Shown here: piece after piece, positions 1 to 10,285 of the stretch
How positions within the stretch are numbered: the stretch's first letter is position 1
Layout: each line of letters starts with the position of its first letter
Assembly (NCBI GenBank): GCA_963841565.1
Contig: CAWJCY010000012.1
Coordinates: forward strand, 224,001-288,000
Direction: 5' to 3'
Source: an uncultured Nitrososphaerales archaeon
Lineage (GTDB): Archaea; Thermoproteota; Nitrososphaeria; Nitrososphaerales; Nitrososphaeraceae
DNA: 64,000 nt
Program-made: the position numbers and the translations under genes
The notes under the pieces: model-generated
The model's input: the letters and a program-made list of their open reading frames with translations, nothing else
The model's database searches: none
What the model was told of the DNA's origin: nothing

Positions 1-256
1 CTGCAGACCTTGATTCAGTTCTTGCTGCTTCTTCGATAGGGGTAAAGACACCATAATGAGAATGTGGATCAATTACCCCAGGTATTACATATCTTCCAGA
101 TGCATCAATCCTATTGGATGCAACTACGTTAGTAGAGTCCTTTCTTAGATCCTTGATCTTTCCATCTTCGATGAGGATATCCAGTTGGAGTACACCTACC
201 TTGGGTATTACGACTCCCAAAGCACCATAAATTAAGAGATCACAGTCGTTCTCCAA
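1..256 (-). CDS. Amidohydrolase (dihydroorotase/dihydropyrimidinase-like), 5' part, runs off window; apparent frameshift near 225
   Basis: Minus-strand translation DILIEDGKI...IDASGRYVIPGVIDPHSHYG (PGxIDxHxH metal motif); N-terminal MENDCDLLI is in an adjacent frame. Confidence 0.75.
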   Translation of the reverse strand, partial: MENDCDLLIYGALGVVIPKVGVLQLDILIEDGKIKDLRKDSTNVVASNRIDASGRYVIPGVIDPHSHYGVFTPIEEAARTESRSA

Positions 257-670
257 ATAACCTGTTTGACATAAAATCTATTAAAAAAGGTTCCTTTTCT
301 AGCTGCTAAATAGCTTGTTCTGCATGACATGACGAATTATTTTCTATAGTATGGGCTTTCTCTTCTTAGCAAGCAGTGGTGGCAGATCATTTAGTCAGTT
401 TTCATAAACGGGATGTTCAGGCTAAAGACTAAAAGCTGATGGGAGGGTACACATATTAGATTCCATCTCTTGCCACCAGAAATGTGTGTACTTAAGAAAT
501 GCCTTTCTGAAATAATGATACAAGGTTATCCTATTGCTAAACTATAATTTATTCCCGTAACAATCGAAAGCTTTCTAGTTGTTGCTTAAAGAAGGGTCAT
601 CTTTCCATAAGTACATACAGACTCAAGGATGCTAATGTTTATGAGCTTGTTTACATGATACAGGTGATGT

Positions 671-919
671 TTGGATTCGACTCGGCATAAGCAGACGAAA
701 AAGAAGGAAAGTGAAGGGCTCGATTATGACATGTGTGTTTGCGGTCATGTACGATTCTGGCATTATGGCAAGTGTCTAATGGTGACGTTGGATTACGAAG
801 ATCATATTTCCACAGAGTATGGGTTCTGTGGATGTGCGGAATTTAGGCAGGTTAAGAAGGATTCTAACCAGACTAAGAAAAAGAAATCAAAAAAAGTTCC
901 CATTGGCAAAATTGCTTAA
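671..919 (+). CDS. Small Cys/His-rich putative Zn-binding protein with basic tail
   Basis: CVCGH-x4-H-x3-C...CGCAEF motif, Lys-rich ends. Confidence 0.6.
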   Translation: MDSTRHKQTKKKESEGLDYDMCVCGHVRFWHYGKCLMVTLDYEDHISTEYGFCGCAEFRQVKKDSNQTKKKKSKKVPIGKIA

Positions 920-1316
920 GATGGAATTAATAGTCGTAACAGCCAAGCTCTCTGACTCAAAAATTGCCAAACAATAAGACGAGTCATCATAAGCGCTTCA
1001 AGAATCTGATCATTTATTCAAAGGTGCTTGGAGCTATGTAGATAGTAGTAAACGCTGATCTGAAGGTTGCTTTTTTGCCATGGTAGTCTTTTCTAAATGA
1101 AGATGTTCCTGACCGTATCTTTGATTGCGGGCATTACTTGGAATACTATCTCAACTCTCTGGCACCTGCGTGCACCCTATTTAAACGATTATGCGATTTT
1201 GTTCCCGATGAGTTATGTTTTGCTAGTTGAAACCCCTAACTAGACCGTAGCACTGGTATTTTATGTAAGATTCATTTTGGGTATCAAGTACATCTGAAAG
1301 GATTTTAAAGGTTTCA

Positions 1317-2231
1317 TTGCTCTCTGTTTATATATCGACCGAATTTATTGGACAAGTTGTATTGAATATTGATAGATTTCCCCTAGCAAATGTTACGTCT
1401 ATGAATGAAGCAGAGATCGCTTTAGTACTTGTTGCTGACGAGAGTAAATCATTGGCACCTAGAAAAGGGACCGAGCAAGGTCCTAAAGCAATGAGATACG
1501 CATTTGAAAATTCTGAAGTATTCAAAAGGGAAGGTAAAACTATCTTAATATGCCCAATGCGTAACAATTACCTTAATAAGAGAATTTTAGATACAGGATT
1601 TACTAGTAGAAATGATTTATATTCATTAATCTGCGAACTTGTACAAAACAAAATCGTCCCAGTTGTAATTGGAGGAGATCATTCTGTTACCACAATAGCA
1701 ATTGATGCGATTTCTTCAACATTGGGTAAGATTGGTTTAATATATTTTGACGCTCATCCCGATTTTGTATCCTCTAAGACAGACTATTATGGATCAGTTA
1801 TAACTGACTCACTTGGCAGACTTGATAGGGGGAATGTTACTTTTGTAGGAACTAGAGCTGCTGAAGTAGAGGAGGTTGAGAATATTCAACGGAGCGGCTT
1901 TCAAGTTGTTTCCCCGCTGGATATAGTAGAGGAAGGCATTAACAAAACAATCGACAAGATTCGCACAAGAAATACATCCAGAAAATATGTGTCAATTGAC
2001 CTCGACTGCCTTGATCCTGCATTCGCTCCAGGGGTATCTGTCCCTACGCCATGTGGGCTTACAAGCGTGGAGCTAACTTGCCTGGTTAAGCATGCAGTGA
2101 GTTCAGGGATAGTAGGTATGGACATCGTCGAACTTTGTCCCAAGTATGATATTAACGATATGACTGCGTCCCTAGCAGCTAGATTGCTTTCAGAATCCGT
2201 GGCTTCTATGAGATCAGGTTATTTGAGCTAA
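1317..2231 (+). CDS. Arginase/agmatinase (ureohydrolase) family protein
   Basis: GGDHS, FDAHPD, SIDLDCLDPAFAPG Mn-binding motifs; true start may be slightly downstream. Confidence 0.9.
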   Translation: MLSVYISTEFIGQVVLNIDRFPLANVTSMNEAEIALVLVADESKSLAPRKGTEQGPKAMRYAFENSEVFKREGKTILICPMRNNYLNKRILDTGFTSRNDLYSLICELVQNKIVPVVIGGDHSVTTIAIDAISSTLGKIGLIYFDAHPDFVSSKTDYYGSVITDSLGRLDRGNVTFVGTRAAEVEEVENIQRSGFQVVSPLDIVEEGINKTIDKIRTRNTSRKYVSIDLDCLDPAFAPGVSVPTPCGLTSVELTCLVKHAVSSGIVGMDIVELCPKYDINDMTASLAARLLSESVASMRSGYLS

Positions 2232-2247
2232 TCCTGGAGAATATTCT

Positions 2248-2979
2248 TTGGAAATAAGAATGGATACAAATCAATTTACTTTAGTGAAACTTTCTAATGG
2301 AATTAATGCAAATGTAGAGATAGTCAGAAGCAATAGGACAAAACGCATTTCTCTTAAAGCAAACCGACACGGAATTTATGTTATAGTTCCAAATTTAACG
2401 AGTCACCATGAGATCATAACTTTTATTGAGTCAAAAAAAGAATGGATTTTTAAATCTGTTACTTATTTTGAGAAGGTTACTAGAGGTTTAGACCCCATGC
2501 TAATTCAACCAGGGAAGGTACTTTTCCTAGGAACGCCATATGATATTCAACTAGTAAAGGACAAGCTCTGCTATGTTATTCTGTCTGAAAGTCTAAAAAG
2601 GATTACAGTGCACAGTCCAAATGGCAATAAAAGGAAAAAGGTAATCATTGAATTCTATCGTCAACACACATCTAGAATTCTTGATGAACGAATAGGAGTA
2701 TTAACCTCAAAACTAAACTTAAATTTCAATCGGATCTCAATAAAATATCATAGGTCCAGATGGGGGAGTTGTTCCTTAAAAAAGAATTTGAACTTTAATG
2801 TGATGCTGTCTGCTTTACCAAAGGATGTTATTGATTATGTAATTGTCCACGAATTACTGCACTTGTTAGAGCTCAATCATTCCAAGAGATTTTGGGAATT
2901 AGTCAGGTTAAATCGCCCAACATACGAGGACGATCGAAAATGGTTGCGAATGTATGGCCCATTTATCACCCTACCCTGA
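2248..2979 (+). CDS. YgjP/DUF45-like zinc metallopeptidase
   Basis: SRWGSCS and YVIVHELLHLLELNHSKRFW (HExxH) motifs. Confidence 0.9.
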   Translation: MEIRMDTNQFTLVKLSNGINANVEIVRSNRTKRISLKANRHGIYVIVPNLTSHHEIITFIESKKEWIFKSVTYFEKVTRGLDPMLIQPGKVLFLGTPYDIQLVKDKLCYVILSESLKRITVHSPNGNKRKKVIIEFYRQHTSRILDERIGVLTSKLNLNFNRISIKYHRSRWGSCSLKKNLNFNVMLSALPKDVIDYVIVHELLHLLELNHSKRFWELVRLNRPTYEDDRKWLRMYGPFITLP

Positions 2980-3122
2980 AGGTGTTTTGAGAAAATACCA
3001 CCGAGTTCGAACAAAATCTATCTACCTACCTTATTGCGATAACTTAATTTGACACAAATAACTATAATTATCAACCGATAAACATACCACGTGTGTTTAT
3101 TTGTATAGGATAATTCAAGCAT

Positions 3123-3368
3123 ATGATAAAAGTCTACGAGATCCATCGATATTTAAACGACCAGTTCCAATATGTCGTGGCACGCACTCACAAATATACT
3201 GAGGAAAAAGTGCACCAGGACGTCAAGCGGATGAATGAAATGTTGAGTGCAGAACTTAGGGAAAGTGGTGTTAGATATGTTTTTGCAGTCGAAGACATGT
3301 CAGCGTCAACCAAGAAAACCTCTACCAGGTACTTGCACCAACAAAGTAAGAATCCCTGGGCCAGGTAA
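3123..3368 (+). CDS. Hypothetical protein
   Basis: ATG-started 81 aa ORF co-oriented with neighbours; no motif recognised. Confidence 0.55.
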   Translation: MIKVYEIHRYLNDQFQYVVARTHKYTEEKVHQDVKRMNEMLSAELRESGVRYVFAVEDMSASTKKTSTRYLHQQSKNPWAR

Positions 3369-3442
3369 GACATTTTATGGAGTTCAATACGATTAAGAGA
3401 ATACGTAGGCATAAGTAAGGTGAGGCATAATGACGACCAGTA

Positions 3443-4273
3443 ATGAATCTGATCCTTTCTGTAAAGGAATTAAACCGAACGTTGCATGATTCCAATTTCT
3501 CAGGAAAAACTATCATAGTTGATACGAGACCCCTCCCCGATTATCTTGATGGACACATTCCGGGCGCCATTAACATGGATTTAATGCAGTTCCATTGGAT
3601 CGACACATCTGGAATTGGAATAAGACAATTCAACCGGCAGATGAGCATTTTGTTTTCGTACCTGGGTCTGGCTGACATAAAAAAATTTGCTATATTCTAT
3701 GACAATCTATCAGGCCCTTCTGCATCACGAGGGGTATGGCTATCACACTATTTTTCACAGTTGAATGCTTCTATACTAGATGGCGGTCTGGGAGAATGGA
3801 AGGCGGAAGGCCTTGAAATTGAAAAAGAAACCAACGCTTTTCCCCATTCAAAACTAAGAACAACCGCAAATTCAGAAGTGCTAGCAGATTTGAAATTGGT
3901 AAAGTCTTCGATAGTGCAAACGTCAGGCAAGAAATATGCTTTATTAGATTGTAGGTCTGAGCAAGAATTCGATGGAAGAGTAGTACGTGCTCTAAAAAGA
4001 GGTCATATACCTCGCGCGATTAACATGGACTGGGCGCTTAATATAGATAAGGAGAACAATGGCAAATTTAAGAGTATTTCAGAATTGGCTGAAACATATT
4101 CTGGGATATCAAAATCCGACGAAGTAATTACTTACTGTCAGGGCGGCTACAGGGCTGCAAATACCTTCATTGTGCTGAAGATGTTAAGATACGAAAAAGT
4201 GAGAATGTACCTAGGTTCGTGGGGAGAATGGGGAAACAAGCCTGATCTCCCGGTAGAAAAAAGCAATTTGTAA
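3443..4273 (+). CDS. Tandem-domain rhodanese sulfurtransferase
   Basis: GHIPGA, LDGG, active loop YCQGGYRAA, C-terminal YLGSWGEW. Confidence 0.9.
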   Translation: MNLILSVKELNRTLHDSNFSGKTIIVDTRPLPDYLDGHIPGAINMDLMQFHWIDTSGIGIRQFNRQMSILFSYLGLADIKKFAIFYDNLSGPSASRGVWLSHYFSQLNASILDGGLGEWKAEGLEIEKETNAFPHSKLRTTANSEVLADLKLVKSSIVQTSGKKYALLDCRSEQEFDGRVVRALKRGHIPRAINMDWALNIDKENNGKFKSISELAETYSGISKSDEVITYCQGGYRAANTFIVLKMLRYEKVRMYLGSWGEWGNKPDLPVEKSNL

Positions 4274-4458
4274 AATATGCTTTGCATCATTTAATTTATT
4301 GTCTTCGTCGGGGCTGAAATAGTAGCACTCTTTCATTATTAGAAAAATTATGCGGAAGATCGGTGGTGTAGAACGACAATATTCGAATCTAACATTGGCT
4401 AGGCTCTGCGGACTGGAGTCAAAAGTATAAAAATGATAGCCATCAATCTGATAAATCG

Positions 4459-4875
4459 ATGACCGATAATAATTTGTTTAAACGCTTCTGTGACAAAGTA
4501 GTAACTCTTGATAAATCAATTAGATTTATTGGAATTGCTGACGGCCATGGGAGACTACTAGCAACTGCCGAAAGGAAGGGAATAATACCATTATTGAACA
4601 TGCAAGAAACTGAACAGTACGCCATCACCGCCGCTACTAGACAATATACTCGGGTTAGATGGCAACAGCTCTTAGGAAAAATATTCTATACCTGTTCTCA
4701 CTACGACAAATTGTTGAGGGTCACCATACCCATTACCGATGAACACAATCATCTCCGATACGTTATAATCTTCACATTTGATGTCGACACAGAGAACTTC
4801 CACGATATAACTATGAAAAAGATTATACCTTTGATCCGTAGAAACCGCAAGAAACTCTTAGAAAGCGCAGCCTAG
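4459..4875 (+). CDS. Thaumarchaeal DUF6659-like (roadblock/GAF-like) protein
   Basis: LDKSIRFIGIA...LGKIFYTCSHYDKLLRVTIP pattern; paralogous to 43057..43488 and the C-terminus of 26849..27799. Confidence 0.7.
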   Translation: MTDNNLFKRFCDKVVTLDKSIRFIGIADGHGRLLATAERKGIIPLLNMQETEQYAITAATRQYTRVRWQQLLGKIFYTCSHYDKLLRVTIPITDEHNHLRYVIIFTFDVDTENFHDITMKKIIPLIRRNRKKLLESAA

Positions 4876-4940
4876 TCCTCTCAACCTCAATTTCAATGAC
4901 ACTAGATATGATATATCATGGCCGCTAGTGAGCCAAATCG

Positions 4941-5891
4941 CTAGGAGAGAGGATTCTTGTTTACAATTTCATCTAAGCACTGAACTATATCTTCCCTACT
5001 AACAGGTATTGGATTGTTATCCAGGTGTCCTCGATCAGGCATAATAACATCTGCAGCGTCCTCAAACCCCTGCTTCAGCTTGAGCGGTTCAAAATTTAAT
5101 TTCTTGCAGATTTTCTTAAATCTTTCATAATAGATTGACTTGTTGAATCTATGCGCCACTGTTGTACAGGATGATAATGAGTAACCATGGGGCACTCCTT
5201 CGTTCGAGAATACATAAGATAACGCATGTCCCAAAGTGGTCGACGAATTACCAAACCCAATTCCTGATAGCATCGCACCATATGGTAATAATTGTGGTTT
5301 ATCGTTAATTATTGCGTCCTCCAATACATCGAAGGCCTCCTTACAAAAGAGCTTGGTTAACGGATTACCTAATTTGCTATCATATCCCTCCGACGCTTGA
5401 GCTGCTGCATCGCAAGCAGAGTTTCTCATAATGTTATAGGGCGTACCAGGCAAGAAATATGGATCTACTACTGCGGCATCAGCAAGAAAAGCCTCGTCTT
5501 GAAGTAGTTTCTTCTTATGTTCGAAACTTATTACGGCGTAGGTTGTCATTTCAGCACCCGTGCCGAATGTAGTTGGTATAAGAATTTTTGGAATACCGGT
5601 CAACTTACCCAAATATTTACACACATCCATAGAGCTTCCCCCGCCCAAGCCAATATAAGCAGAAATCTTCCTTCCTTCGTAAATCTTCTTTAAGGCTTCA
5701 ACGCTTTCTATTGATGGATCGGGTGTCACCTTATCGTATACCTCATATTCTTTGATGCCCATGTAATCCAACCATTTTTCGTATATGTCTGGGGTAGTAG
5801 TTGTTATAACTAGAGAATCTTTAGGGTAGTCGAATTCTTTTGCAGCATTTTCACCAAAAGCAATTTTTCTTGGCATCATAACCTTCCACAT
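4941..5891 (-). CDS. Iron-containing alcohol dehydrogenase family protein
   Basis: GLGGGSSMD, IPTTFGTGAE, GHALS...HG motifs. Start CAT at 5889-5891 and stop CTA at 4941-4943 show minus strand (track label '+' is wrong). Confidence 0.9.
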   Translation of the reverse strand: MWKVMMPRKIAFGENAAKEFDYPKDSLVITTTTPDIYEKWLDYMGIKEYEVYDKVTPDPSIESVEALKKIYEGRKISAYIGLGGGSSMDVCKYLGKLTGIPKILIPTTFGTGAEMTTYAVISFEHKKKLLQDEAFLADAAVVDPYFLPGTPYNIMRNSACDAAAQASEGYDSKLGNPLTKLFCKEAFDVLEDAIINDKPQLLPYGAMLSGIGFGNSSTTLGHALSYVFSNEGVPHGYSLSSCTTVAHRFNKSIYYERFKKICKKLNFEPLKLKQGFEDAADVIMPDRGHLDNNPIPVSREDIVQCLDEIVNKNPLS

Positions 5892-6223
5892 AAGTGTTTG
5901 AGGTAACAGTTACCAGTATTATATTTTACTAAATGTCTCTTTCAGGATGGGAAATGAGATTTCAGCTAGCTCCCATTGCTGGTGCTGCTATTTCATTATT
6001 TGAGGCCAGTAAGACTCTCAAGCCAGCTGAAAGATCGAGATCAGACAATAAGGTTCTGAAAAAGGAATACGCTATCTTGTTATTAATCTCGTCTTGCCCA
6101 ATTGACAGCAGGTAAAAGAATTGGAAGTCATTTGCTTTAAGTCCCTTCTTATCATATCACAAACATAGCAAATACTGGTGCAGATTCACTCCGAATTGAT
6201 GCTGACCTGTAAATTCTGTCATA

Positions 6224-6691
6224 CTAAGTTTTACCAAGAGTGCTAGTGATTTCTTTTCTTGCGGCCGGAGAAGGTAATTGAAATGCGTACACCGTTACCA
6301 AAATTAACATAGAGAACAATGTCATGCCTATGGCGAAGTGTATTGTAACTAAGAGAGCATGCAGCCTTTCAACGATCACTGCTCCACCCAAGGCGATCTG
6401 ACCCAACACTAACCCAGCTGCGATTACGGCAGCAAGTTTCATACCTCTTTTCGACGATTTTGACTTTAATGTAAAGAACATTGTTATGATTACAAGTATT
6501 CCAGTAGTGGCTGCTAGCGTCCTGTGCATATATTCTATCAAGAATTCACCCATCGGTACCAATCCTGCTGGACAGAGGGGCCAATCAGGACAAGAGAGGC
6601 CAACCCCAGAAGCACTAACGTATCCGCCAAAGAAAATCAGAGTAAACAGGCAAGAAAGAGTGCCAAAGGAAAGATACTGTAGTGAATTCAT
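6224..6691 (-). CDS. ctaA: Short haem A synthase (COX15/CtaA)
   Basis: GLSCPDWPLC, EYMHR, H in last helix; at end of cox cluster. Confidence 0.85.
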   Translation of the reverse strand: MNSLQYLSFGTLSCLFTLIFFGGYVSASGVGLSCPDWPLCPAGLVPMGEFLIEYMHRTLAATTGILVIITMFFTLKSKSSKRGMKLAAVIAAGLVLGQIALGGAVIVERLHALLVTIHFAIGMTLFSMLILVTVYAFQLPSPAARKEITSTLGKT

Positions 6692-6695
6692 CTTT

Positions 6696-7610
6696 TCACG
6701 ATACTTTCAGATTACCCAACATGTACGGGTGTACCGAACAGTAAAATGGATAATCTCCGGCTGCAAGATTGGCTGTATCTATCTGTGCAGTTGCGCCTGC
6801 ATCTATAATGCTTGTGTCAAACTGACTTCCCGATTCAGGATCTTCTGGTCCAGAACCACTTGTAGCTGTGTGAGGAACTGTGTCTTGATTTGATACCTCT
6901 ACTACGTCTCCTGCGGTCACTGTTAACGGATCTGGATCATAGGCCGGGTTCCCTTGTACTGATGCACCTTCTGGAATGGTAAGGGTTGCACCCGCAGCTT
7001 CGGCTCCCCCGCCTGCCGCCGGAGCGGCCGGAGCAGCCGCAGAACCCTCAGCACTTGCAGCGGTAACTGTAAGAGAACTTGTCATGTATGGATGAACCTG
7101 ACAATAATACGCTATTTCATCTCCCTCAGCAGCACCAGCTAGTTCAATGGGTGCTGAGCTTTCACCATTATTTATGATACCGGTATCGAAAGTTTGTCCA
7201 GAATTGGCGTCCTCTGGACCACTTCCAGAGGTCGCTGTATGAGGAACAGAATCGGCATTTTCCCATACAACTTTGGTATTCAGTGGTACTTGCGCGTCAT
7301 CAGGATCATAGTCAGGATTCCCTTGCACTGATGCCCCTGAAGGTATGGTTATTTTCATCGCGCCTGCAGGTACTGGAGTTTCGGCTTCTTCTGCCGCCGG
7401 AAGTCCTCCTCCTTCGCTAACACCTGCCGGGGAAGGCTCCTCAGTCTGAATTGTAGTAACCAGAGGTGGATACTTTGTCATGTTGGTCCAATTTGGCACA
7501 GCAATAGCGGCACCTACTGCCATAACTACGACCAGGATGGCCATTCCCTTAGCTAATCTCCGAGGAGATGTCCTAATGATGGATTGGTGGTTCTCGTCTT
7601 CTGTAGTCAT
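6696..7610 (-). CDS. Membrane-anchored protein with two plastocyanin-like (type 1 Cu) domains, complex IV-associated
   Basis: N-terminal TM; two PH...YYCQVHPYM / FYCSVHPYM ligand sets. Confidence 0.9.
   Translation of the reverse strand: MTTEDENHQSIIRTSPRRLAKGMAILVVVMAVGAAIAVPNWTNMTKYPPLVTTIQTEEPSPAGVSEGGGLPAAEEAETPVPAGAMKITIPSGASVQGNPDYDPDDAQVPLNTKVVWENADSVPHTATSGSGPEDANSGQTFDTGIINNGESSAPIELAGAAEGDEIAYYCQVHPYMTSSLTVTAASAEGSAAAPAAPAAGGGAEAAGATLTIPEGASVQGNPAYDPDPLTVTAGDVVEVSNQDTVPHTATSGSGPEDPESGSQFDTSIIDAGATAQIDTANLAAGDYPFYCSVHPYMLGNLKVS
6720..6977. repeat. 258-bp near-identical repeat copy 1 (cupredoxin domain); copy 2 at 9473..9730
   Basis: Colinear DNA match with mostly third-position differences; 85/88 aa identical by manual count. 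Confidence 0.95.
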
Positions 7611-9102
7611 AATACTCTTCTCCTATCTTGAACGGATCTTCCATATCGGCTGGTTTCCCTTTGGCTGCGCTTCGTAGCATATTAATGACCATTATTACGT
7701 ATGATATACCGACGGTAAATGCTCCAATTGTAGCAATCTGGTTCATCATAACTAATTCTGGAGAATCAACATAGTCATAGACTCTCCTTGGCATGCCGTA
7801 TAGCCCAAGCAGGTGTTGTGTAATGAACACGAATATTACTCCAACAAATGCTAATGCGAAGTGAATTTTGGCCCATTTCTCGTTATACATTCGTCCAGTT
7901 ATTAGCGGGAAAAGGTAGTACAGAAAGCCGGTGAGTCCAAGGGATACCGTTCCCATTAGCATTAGGTGGAAGTGACCAACCACCCAATAACTATCATGAG
8001 TGATAAAATCGAGCGGCATCTGAGTATTGACAACGCCACCAGCTCCTGAAGCGAAAAACAGCATTATTGCTCCAACAGCAAACAACATGGGTGCGGCAAA
8101 TTTTATTCTCCCGCCCCACATAGTAGCAAGCCAATTAAAGACATGCATAGCTGACGCTGGAACAGCAGCAAGTGTTCCTACCATGAAAACGGTTTTCTCA
8201 GTGAAACTCATTCCTACTGCGAACATATGGTGGGCCCACGACGCAAAGCCTATTATGCCAAGTAACACGAACGCTGTAACCCCCGACTGGTAGCTAAAGA
8301 TGGGTTTTCTGGAAAATTTGGGGATGGTCTCATATAGCATTCCTACGGCAGGAATTAGGAAGATGTACACTTCTGGATGGAACGTAAACCAGAATAGATG
8401 CTGGTAAGCTATAGGATCCCCGCCCATTTCAGGATTGAAGAACCCAGAGATCCCAAGCCTATCTGTATACAACATTATCAAGGCTGCCGCAAAGGTTGGA
8501 GTTGCAACGATAATCATAAGAGAAGTAATGAGGATGGACCAAGAAAACAAAGGCATCTTCATGAGAGGAAGATCAGGATGTTTACATCTCAGGATGGTAA
8601 CAACGAAATTCACAGCTCCTAAGACGGAAGAAATGCCTAAGATCTTTGCGCCAAATATCCAAAGGTCTGCAGCTGGCCCAGGTGCTCTAATAGTAGAATA
8701 AGGTGGGTAAGCGGTCCAGCCTGTATCCGAAAAACCAATCCATATCATAGCGGCTGCCACAGGTATCATCCAGAATGCCACGGCATTAAGTTTTGGCCAT
8801 GCCATATCGTGATACCTTACCATTATTGGTATCAGATAATTTCCAACTCCTGAACCAAAAGGCAATATCCATAGGAATAGCATGTTCGTACCATGAACAG
8901 TAAATATTCTATGAAAGTCGGTCGAGCTTGGAATTATTTGAGCGCCTGGCAGCCACAACTCGGCCCTTAATGCCATGGCCAAAGCACCACCCATCATAAG
9001 AAAAGCAATAGAGGATACAATATACAACAACCCGATATCGGTGTGATGAGTTGAAAAGAGGATTTCCCAGAGAGGACGTGGTTTTTTAACTTCTAATACC
9101 AA
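7573..9102 (-). CDS. coxA: Haem-copper oxidase subunit I
   Basis: HTDIG, WFTFHPEVY, WAHHMF, GHFH motifs; TTG start at 9102 preceded by SD-like AGGTGGT. Confidence 0.97.
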   Translation of the reverse strand: MVLEVKKPRPLWEILFSTHHTDIGLLYIVSSIAFLMMGGALAMALRAELWLPGAQIIPSSTDFHRIFTVHGTNMLFLWILPFGSGVGNYLIPIMVRYHDMAWPKLNAVAFWMIPVAAAMIWIGFSDTGWTAYPPYSTIRAPGPAADLWIFGAKILGISSVLGAVNFVVTILRCKHPDLPLMKMPLFSWSILITSLMIIVATPTFAAALIMLYTDRLGISGFFNPEMGGDPIAYQHLFWFTFHPEVYIFLIPAVGMLYETIPKFSRKPIFSYQSGVTAFVLLGIIGFASWAHHMFAVGMSFTEKTVFMVGTLAAVPASAMHVFNWLATMWGGRIKFAAPMLFAVGAIMLFFASGAGGVVNTQMPLDFITHDSYWVVGHFHLMLMGTVSLGLTGFLYYLFPLITGRMYNEKWAKIHFALAFVGVIFVFITQHLLGLYGMPRRVYDYVDSPELVMMNQIATIGAFTVGISYVIMVINMLRSAAKGKPADMEDPFKIGEEYYDYRRREPPIHH

Positions 9103-9448
9103 CACATACCACCTAGTAACAGGGTACCTTGGCAAAGAATGTCAATAAAAGCATTTTGGTTTTATGATTCACTATCAAAATAGTATGCTCGCTTGATCAT
9201 GATATTCTAATATTGCTACCGTCTCGCACGATTGAACTTATAGCGTCATATACTTGTCCCTTTTTCATCGATAGAGAATAATCGCAGCATCATCATGCAT
9301 GTAATAAACAATCTTTAGGATATTGTTAATAACTCGTGTGATACTGAAATTAAGCACTTCTGGTTTCGACTAGAGCGTATGATCTCTTACCCACACAATT
9401 CAATACGAGATAATTATCGATTAAAAAAATGGGCGCAAAACCATCCCA

Positions 9449-10279
9449 CTATTTAACTGTCATAGTACCTAGCATGTACGGGTGTACCGAACAGTAAAAC
9501 GGATGATCTCCGGCTGCAAGATTGGCGGTATCTATCTGCGCTGTTGCGCCTGCATCTATGATGCTTGTGTCAAACTGACTTCCTGATTCAGGATCTTCCG
9601 GTCCGGAACCGCTTGTAACTGTATGAGGCACTGTGTCTTGATTCGATACCTCTACTACGTCTCCAGCGGTAACTGTTAATGGATCTGGATCATAAGATGG
9701 ATTTCCTTGCACTGATGCTCCTTCTGGAATGTTAAGGGTCACTGAAGGTCCTGCTGCTGTGCCGGTTTGGTTAGTCTGATTCCCCGAAGTGACTGAAGGT
9801 GATGTGGTTGGTGCAGTTGCTGTTGTAGGTGCTGACTCTGGCGATTCTGTTGACTCTGCAGAGGCAGGTTCAACAAACAATTTAGCTCTCATATTATAAT
9901 GAAGCAATCCGCAGTATTCCCTGCACTGAATCAAATATTCCCCTGGGACATCAAACACATTCCAAACTGTGTTAATCCTCCCTGGAACTGCATCCATCAA
10001 TATGACGAAATCAGGCACATTGAAATCGTGTATAACGTCTTGAGATGTTATTTCAAATCTGTATGGAACATTCTGATTAACGTGTAATTCCCCTACCTCT
10101 TTTGTTCCATCCTCATGCTCAAAAGTCCAAAACCATTGCTGTCCAATAACCTTTATAGTCTCCGCGTCCGGGGGTGCAGCCTCAATTTGGTGCTCTACAT
10201 TCCATGCAGAGGCGCCGACCCAGCATAGAATTGATATTACAGCGCCCACATAGATCCATTCTACGGTAGCATGACCCAT
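9449..10279 (-). CDS. coxB: Haem-copper oxidase subunit II (CuA) with fused C-terminal plastocyanin-like domain
   Basis: GQQWFW, DVIH, CREYCGLLHYNM CuA motif; S/T/P linker; second domain with H...CSVHPYM. Confidence 0.95.
   Translation of the reverse strand: MGHATVEWIYVGAVISILCWVGASAWNVEHQIEAAPPDAETIKVIGQQWFWTFEHEDGTKEVGELHVNQNVPYRFEITSQDVIHDFNVPDFVILMDAVPGRINTVWNVFDVPGEYLIQCREYCGLLHYNMRAKLFVEPASAESTESPESAPTTATAPTTSPSVTSGNQTNQTGTAAGPSVTLNIPEGASVQGNPSYDPDPLTVTAGDVVEVSNQDTVPHTVTSGSGPEDPESGSQFDTSIIDAGATAQIDTANLAAGDHPFYCSVHPYMLGTMTVK
9473..9730. repeat. 258-bp near-identical repeat copy 2 (cupredoxin domain of CoxB)
   Basis: Matches 6720..6977. Confidence 0.95.
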
Positions 10280-10285
10280 TTTTTC

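Noticed and set aside
4941-5891. ORF track lists the Fe-ADH gene on the plus strand
   Set aside because: The listed protein is the reverse-complement translation (CAT at 5889-5891, CTA at 4941-4943); annotated as minus
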